NCBI GenBank assembly: GCA_003344405.1
Contig: NOWV01000140.1
Coordinates: 1-64,000 of the forward strand
Direction: 5' to 3'
From: Trichoplax sp. H2
Taxonomy: Eukaryota
Length of the DNA: 64,000 nucleotides
This document shows positions 56,501 through 64,000 of this stretch, piece by piece. The translations under genes were made by a program, and so were the position numbers. A model generated the notes under the pieces. It worked only from the letters and a program-made list of their open reading frames with translations, was not told where the DNA came from and did not search any database. Numbering within the stretch: position 1 is the stretch's first letter; every line of letters begins with the position of its first letter.

Positions 56501-58462
56501 CTGTTGTTCAGATGAATAGTAAGAAATGTTGAATACTGGTCTGGTATGACAATGATTCACTTGATCGTCAAAGACAGTATGCTTTGGCTTTTTATAATGT
56601 GTCAAGTCCCATAGCAACACATTGCCTCTAAAGAATTTGAAGCATTTAATTCCGTCATCAAACCCATTTTAAAGGTGTCATGCAAAGGTGCCAAATAATT
56701 TATCAAATATTTTGGTAAGGTTCAAATTTTGACAATAAGTACAATAAAAAGGCAAGCATTGTTACACTTACGTATGATAATTGGATACAATATGATTCAA
56801 GTTCCAAGGTAACCATAGCAGACTTATCCAGTTCTTTGCTTGCTTTTCTAAATCAACCGTCTTTGACCAATTGCGTGCGCCACCATTAATTTTGTTGGGC
56901 ATTTTAACAACTGTTATAACTTCTCTCTTATAAACATTCCATATCCGAAATAATCTATCTCTCGAAGCAGAGGCCAGTAATACGTCTACAGTGAGATGAA
57001 TAAAGTAGAGTATTTCATAATGTGTTATTAACTTCAATATCACTTGTTCATAATAAGGCAACCTTCCCTACACAGTCTACAACGATCTGAATTTTACCGT
57101 ACAATATAAAAAGTTACCTCGATTTGAGCCGGTTTCGAAATGATCTCCAACCACAGGGCACCAATTTAAGCAAGTGATTTGCCTTTGATGTCCTTTCAGT
57201 TCTAGCTTGTGGGAAATGTGCCCACTTTCGGCATTAATGTTAGCAACGATGATAGTTCCATCGTTGTAACCTAACGCAAAGTCGCTCTGATCGTGAGGTG
57301 ACAACTGAATACAGCTAATTGAGTCTTTTCTTAGTGAACCAATGATAAATCGTTGCGCCGCTAATTCCCAGCAAACAATATTACCTTTTTCATCACCTAT
57401 TAATTATAACATTAACCATTCGTTAGCACCCAAGCAGATGAAGCAAATAACAGGTAACTTAAGATGGTATCAGTCGAGTATGTAAGCCATCAAGGCTAGT
57501 TAATGCAGTTTGCTAAAGTTTCAATCTGACAACACTAGTTAGCTAATGAACAACAGCAATACATCCTAAGAATGGTGCTTTATTTGCAATCCTGTTAGTG
57601 AAGTAATCCGCGTTGATTTAATTGGCTGCAGAGCAAGTATGGTAGCTCAACTTGCACAAAGGGTAAAGGGCTTTGCCGTTGCAAAGAGTAAACTCTGACC
57701 CCATTGCCAATATGCGCTGAATAGCCAACTTAATTACGCTAATCATTTTCCTTACAAGAGTATTTCGATACCTGAAATGATCCATTTGCTGGTTGATTTT
57801 GAGACAGACAAGGATGTGATTTTAGCCTAATGAAAAATGATAAAATCCTTACGTTGATGCAGTGAACAATACTTTATTTATATTCAACGCTTGCAAGTAT
57901 TCGACTACCAGCCATGTACCGTTGTAACAACTAAAGGAGATTCCATGCAATGGAACGCCTGCTTAAGTGCATATAGTGTAATAAACATCAAATTGACTAT
58001 TTGTTATTGTGCAGAAATTCAGGCAATCCTTTTTTCATCGATGGTTATCCACTCGTTGAAGATAAGGCAGTCGTTGCAACTGCCCTATCTCGCTAGACTT
58101 TTGCATAAGTATACCTGATGTTTTTCATGTTTTGCAATAAAATGGCGTGATTCTATATCCCATAGAATAATTTTTTTGTCTTCTCCACCACTAACGCATA
58201 AACGCTGAGCACCATTTCGGCTAAGTTGCAAACAAGTAATACGACCAGTATGCAACGACATGATCCCAATCCACTGAAATTGAGCTGGTCCTAATCGATC
58301 ATCTCGTTGTGGAAGCCGATACAAATAAATATCGTTTCTACCTCCAAAAACATATATTCCGTTGTCCGTGCATTGGCTGACAGTAGTGCAATACCAATTT
58401 GCCGAAGCAGGTAGCATTCCTTCCTGAATTTTCCCATCGAATGTGTCCTCCTTGTTCTCCAT
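50534..58462 (-). CDS. GEMIN5: Gem-associated protein 5 (WD40 repeats plus TPR-like dimerisation region), multi-exon
   Basis: N-terminal [11 protein letters not shown]40 exons [46 protein letters not shown]...[55 protein letters not shown]. Helical region [10 protein letters not shown]...[39 protein letters not shown]. Terminal FPDPIEC exon ~50534-50719. ATG at 58460-58462. 3' end less certain. Confidence 0.9.
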
Positions 58463-59719
58463 GGCTACAACTGGATGAATTGCTGTGACTTTTCCTTGAC
58501 TCCTATCACCTGCAGTTGCAATTTCGCCGAATGCAAAGCTCGAGCACCTTCCTAGCTGTATAACTGCAGACGCTCTGCTACGGTACAGTACAGACGGAAA
58601 GACAATGGTGCAGCTAGGCCTGGAGACTGGTGCTCTTTGGTTGTCACCCCTTTGCCGACTCGGTGGAATAGGCAAGTTGTCGAGTCAACCGATGTCATCA
58701 ACAGCTCAATTGCATGGCTAGTATGACTTCTAGAGTATGTTTAAAGGTAGAGTACCCTGAACACTATACAATATTGACAACAAAATCACACCTTACAAGG
58801 GTGACAATAAAAGGGCACTCGACTCGATCGTCTGTATGTCTATCTATCCGTATCGATCTGGACCGGTTCCCTGGTACCAGTTCCGGATCGGTCCGCGGAT
58901 AGGTCTGATGTAGTACTCAACTAGTACCCTCCGGGCTGGTTCTACTTCGGCAACATCACGTTGAGGGTAAGGTATTAAACAGTAGCACAAGATGATACAG
59001 AATACATCAATGATCTAGATAAATAGGCTGAGTATAGGAAAGAAGGAGAGCTTTTGGGTACCCAATAATGTGGGGACCGATCATTTTTCTGGTCAATCTA
59101 TAATACGTTATCACTGAGACCGTACACTATACTGTATAAAACCAACCAAGCAGCTCATCTTCAGGACCAATGGTAGACTGCAAACTCGACACTCAAGTGT
59201 TTCATTTCAGACATACATTGCAGTTGATTTGACCAGTAGAATAGTAGGCCTACATTTGGAGTATTGGAAGTAGCCGTTTTCTGTCCGTCTCTTTCTTCGG
59301 AGGAGGAGGATTACGATCACCATGGCGACCAGGTGGGTTGATACTCTTCAGAATCTTTTACTCTCGATGCTCCTGTCTTGGAAAAAGCAGAGGAAGTGCT
59401 CGACAAGTTATTTAAAGCGACATCCACCATCTCGTATCTAAATACCCTTCGATCCTATCTTTAAGCCTATGACTAATCCATAAGAAAGGCACTTATATCA
59501 ACACAAGCACTCGAGAGCTTGGTAGCCCATTGGATATTGATCATCGGTCGGTTTCGCTCTATTGCAATCTGTTATTTTCGACTGGCTACCTTCCAGCCCT
59601 TGAAAAGAATCAAGGGAAATTAATAAAATGGAAGACAAATTGCTAATTCAATTCGTAAAGGACACTCGATTTCAGGATTTACTTCAATTGATCCAATAGG
59701 TCTATCCTCCAGTTCACAT

Positions 59720-61060
59720 CACCATGGAATGCATTATGATATATCATGCAAATCACATTTCATGATAATAACTTGGATACTGAAATAATCATCATTTAAT
59801 TTGTTGATTCATCTTATGATGCACCTGTATGCCACACAGTGCATTAAAAATCAATCAGGAAACGATATTTAATTTCCACTTTCATTTGACATGATCCAAT
59901 ATCTTTACCGTCTGTTTTTCATCACTGTGGCATCCACGATGACATCATAAAAAATTACGCTTCATGATTATAATTTCCGCACTGAAGTAATCATCATTTT
60001 ATTTATTCGTTTATTCATTCCATCTTTATGCTACACAGAAGATTAAAAATAATCAATCAGCATACTATATTCAATTTCAAGATTTATTTTACTTAATCCA
60101 ATATCTGATCGTCTCATTTTCATTACTGTACCATCCACTATGACATCATAGAAATCACCTTTCATAATTACAATTTCGACATTGAAATAATCATCATTTT
60201 ATTTATTTAATTAAATCATCTCATACTACATCTTCTTTCTGCCACACGGTCGATTCAAAATAATCAATTAACAAATTGCATCTAATTTCTACATTTATTT
60301 GACCCGATCCAATATCTATATCGTCTCATTTTTATCACTGTGGCATCCACTATGATATCATGCAAATCACATTTTAGGATTCAATTTCGACACTGAAGTG
60401 ATCATCATTTTATTTCTTTATTCATCTCATCATTATGCCACACAGTCGATTAAAAATAATCAATCAGTAAACTGCACTTAATTTCCACATTTATTTTACA
60501 TGATCCAATATCTCTATCGTCCAATATGCGTCATCATATGCAGATCACATATCATAATTACAATTCGGCATTAAAAATTACAATCATCTCTTTACTGTAT
60601 TTATTCATCTCATCATCATGCGCCTTCTTTACCCCGCGTAGTAGACTAAAAATAATCAATCAGCAAACTGCATTCAATTTCAAGATTCACTTTACTTGAT
60701 CCAATAATTCCATCATCTAATTTCCATCACTATAGTTCTCATCATGTTATCATGTAAATCACACTTTGTTGTTACGATTTCGTCACTACAATAATAATAA
60801 GTAATCATCAACTTATTTATTTATTTATTTCATGATATGCGTACAACTGAGCTACGCCACTCTGTAGATCGAAAATAATCGATCAGCAAATTATATTCAA
60901 TTTTAAGATTCATTTACATGATCCAATAATTCTAATGTATGCGCTGTGGTATGCATCTTAATATCATCTAAACTCCAACTTCATGATTATAATTTGGACA
61001 ATAAAATAATCATCTCATTACTGATTCATACCGTTATGCACCTTGTTCATGCTACACAAC
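59720..61060. repeat. Diverged tandem array of ~6-7 units of ~200 bp
   Basis: Recurring TGAAATAATCATCATTT...ATGCCACACAGT.GATTAAAAATAATCAATCAG...TTTACATGATCCAATATCT...CATCACTGTGGCATCCAC at ~200-bp spacing. Confidence 0.88.
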
Positions 61061-61668
61061 CAATTTATAATAAACCACGTAAGAATTCTAAAAGGATAAT
61101 GATGTATTCTTATCTTTGTTTATCTTTATTATTATTCTTGTATCGCATCATAGAGTAAATGATCCAATTTATGCGGCATAAGCAGTATCCGTTATCAATA
61201 AGAAGAACAACCTATTTACCAAGTGCACCTAAGTAAGACGTTATTGAAATGAAATACAAAAGCGGAAAATAAAATAAACATAAAAGTGATTTATAGCCTC
61301 TTTACTGTCACATAAATTCAAATATTACGACATCAAGGTTTGTATAAAATTGCCGACCTAGCGTAGAACCTTATACTCACTTACAAGTTGCATCTACACG
61401 AACGATTGTTGTCCATTATACAATCAAATCAATCGATTGAACAAGAAAATTAAATCTTAATTACACTATAGACTACTAGAATATAGGTGCATAGACTTTT
61501 TACTTCAATAACCATAGTTTAGTAAGTAGCAAGAAAATGATGCAAAAATAATAATCTTAGCTTAGCTTTCGCTCACAAATCATTTTATCACTTTAATAGA
61601 GCATTATCTCCATAAGTAATAAAAAATGTTTAAATTACAAATATCATTTTTATAGGAACATCAGAACT

Positions 61669-63648
61669 CTTAAAGCGATCTTTTCATAAGATTAAAGCTG
61701 TCAACGATTGCCAGCTTAATGGAAATTTTGTCTGTTAAATAGAATTATATCTACGTATGTAAGCATTGAAAAATGTCTAACATGCAAAGCTAATTGAGTA
61801 GCAGCATCAGATAACTTAAAAACAAATTATCTATAGATTAAAACTACCTGCAATCGCCAGCTTAATGACTATAATGATATCATATATGCCTTCATAAGCG
61901 TATTGATGATGAAGTAAAATGCGCCCTTTGTGGCCATTAGTAAAGCACATATGCAAAATGGGGTTAAAAAATTATTCATTGCAAAAAAAGTAAGTTGAAA
62001 TTACAATTCATATTGATAGTATTTTACCTCTATCGTATACTTGATCTGCTTGTAGTGCATGCATATGATACTTTAGGGATAAAACCAAAGTCTCAATTGA
62101 AATGATTTTCTAACGAATAAACGTATGATGCTCCAAACTTGAATCAAATTGCCACTATATCGATTTTACATTCAGGTGGAATATACTTCATTTTCTTTTT
62201 GTCTTGAATGAAAATTTTTCCTTGGCTGAAACAAACCAAGGCAGGATAGTTTTTTTGATGACGTGTTTTATAATTAATCAACACGAAAGAATCGTCGGAG
62301 TCGACAAATTCGAAATTATAGCTGCATATGAATCTGGGGGGAATTTTCTTTTCGATGTGACGAATTTTTTCTTTTAGAGCCGTCGAGTTGTAATGGTTAG
62401 GGATTGCCTTGGCGCTGTCTCTCAGTAGTAAATCCTGCAACATAACAGATAAAATGCATTATTGTCATTAGCTTCTTTCAACCTGTAAAATTCTAGTAAA
62501 AAGCCATGTTAAGTACGAATATAACTATACTTGTAGATGTGAATATTCCTATCATTCAGCAAGTAAATCCTACTTAGTTTAATAATTAAGAATTTTAACA
62601 TAGACTAGCCATTAATCCTCAAATCACGGATTGATAAAGTTGTCAATAGCAAGTTCATGTTCATCTCTATCACTAGTTGATTTTCTCTACCAACCATCGC
62701 TATCAGAAATAAATTTACTGGCATATCTTATGCTATGCTTACCACAAATACCAAATCGTAATAATATGGATCTTGTCGCTGCTGAAGGCATAATAAATAA
62801 GATGGCTTTCTATCAACCATATGCAATATCCAAATAATGCTTATAGCGCTACGTAGCATCGTGAAATGTCCTAGAATAATATGATAGGAATTTAAAAGCA
62901 TAAAATCGATAAGAATCAGTCTTCTATTCGTATTGTATTGCACGATTGATATGCTCTAGCTTAGGTATTGACTGAATCATGATCAAAGAATAAACGTAAA
63001 GTATGCTAGCGTAGACTTTTCATCGAAGCAACAGTAGTTCATAATACGATTATGCAGAATCAAGTATAAAAATACAGACTGCAATCGTGGAGCACCTCTC
63101 CATATTCCCGAGCTCTAATCTTAATTTCCTGATGATACCATAATTGAAGCGCTTTTACTCATTTATGCTAGTAGAAATGATCAACTTACCAATATCGGGA
63201 TTGAGAGAAACTTGAGGTAGATTTGTATCTGATTCACCTAAATAACCAGCCCTATTTCCAATAACGAATGCTTGATCACTTTTACTTATATAGCCATCCA
63301 TACTCCGGTACGCGAATTCATTATTGCGTAGAAGATCTGTAAAGATAAATATTTCATTGATCTTACTTGGCCATTAGCCAAAACTATTCCGATTAGCGGC
63401 GCATTTATATCAATTATTGTTAATACAATTAAGCAAGCATGAGATCAAGTAAAAGGAAGTAATGTCATGGAAATAAAGGAGTAAAGTAAAAATAGATACC
63501 GTATCTTTAATTAATAACAGCCAAAATAGAGTGCTTATTATACACACAGCTTTCTATTAAAAGATTCATGAGCTACTTACGATTTTTATGAAGATGAGAA
63601 CGCATTTTTTCTTCAATTTGCCGTGGATGCACCGTTGTAAACTTCCTG
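61669..63648 (-). CDS. Unidentified multi-exon gene, 5' part probably beyond the window; exon chain not fully resolved
   Basis: AG/GT-bounded exons: ~63581-63645 KFTTVHPRQIEEKMRSHLHKN joins in frame to ~63190-63337 LLRNNEFAYRSMDGYISKSDQAFVIGNRAGYLGESDTNLPQVSLNPDI. Also ORF 62144-62443 and candidate exons YHMHALQADQVYDR, RILLHHQYAYEGIYDII and DKISIKLAIVDSFNLMKRSL*. No family recognised. Confidence 0.4.
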
Positions 63649-64000
63649 TTAAAGTGCTGATATTTCAATACTTTATAAACACTATGATAGTTAAATGATT
63701 TTAGGGAAAAATGTATTTGAAATTTCTTTGTAACAATATAATCCGCTCAATAGTGTAAATTAAAACACCAATGCAAATAATAGAACTAATGGGCCTGATA
63801 ATTTTATACTCCTACAAGGTGCTAAAATGCAATGGAACGATTTCGGCAGTAGTTCTGTTTAAAATTCTTTCTTAGCGATGTAATTCTCTCAATAACGCCA
63901 ACAAAAACTAATCTAACGATCAGATTTATGAGCTTTACAGTTATCGCCTCATTGCTTTATATAATCTACTTAATATGTCAGTTTTAATTCCACTCTTGCT

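Noticed and set aside
58463-58675. N-terminal extension of the 196-aa GEMIN5 ORF
   Set aside because: It starts at a non-ATG codon; homology begins after the ATG at 58462, so this is probably 5' UTR.

Overview
AT-rich, intron-dense animal genomic DNA. Compact introns and the TPR/Roco content suggest a placozoan such as Trichoplax, but this is inference only. Conserved housekeeping genes reconstructed by hand from GT-AG exons: ANKLE2 (+), CHIC1/2 (+), an MTMR2-like myotubularin (-), cytoplasmic LARS (-), NUDCD2 (+) and GEMIN5 (-). An unidentified partial gene lies at the right end. Between MTMR2 and LARS is a ~10 kb accessory island (about 25.1-34.7 kb). Its ORFs look unrelated in the ORF track, but they splice in frame through six phase-1 introns into one ~1490-aa protein: N-myristoylation motif, 42-aa TPR array, death domain, Roc GTPase, COR, CxxC/CxxC and a second death domain. 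A frameshifted TPR paralogue flanks it on one side and a decayed death-domain plus linker exon pair on the other, which looks like a birth-and-death, NLR-analogous immune or cell-death locus. Other notable items are a 6-nt and a 20-nt microexon in LARS, a KMSKQ motif variant, several unrelated ~170-210 bp tandem arrays, a BTB-domain relic, and LARS-NUDCD2-GEMIN5 linkage matching human 5q. All exon boundaries were read by eye and no database search was run.
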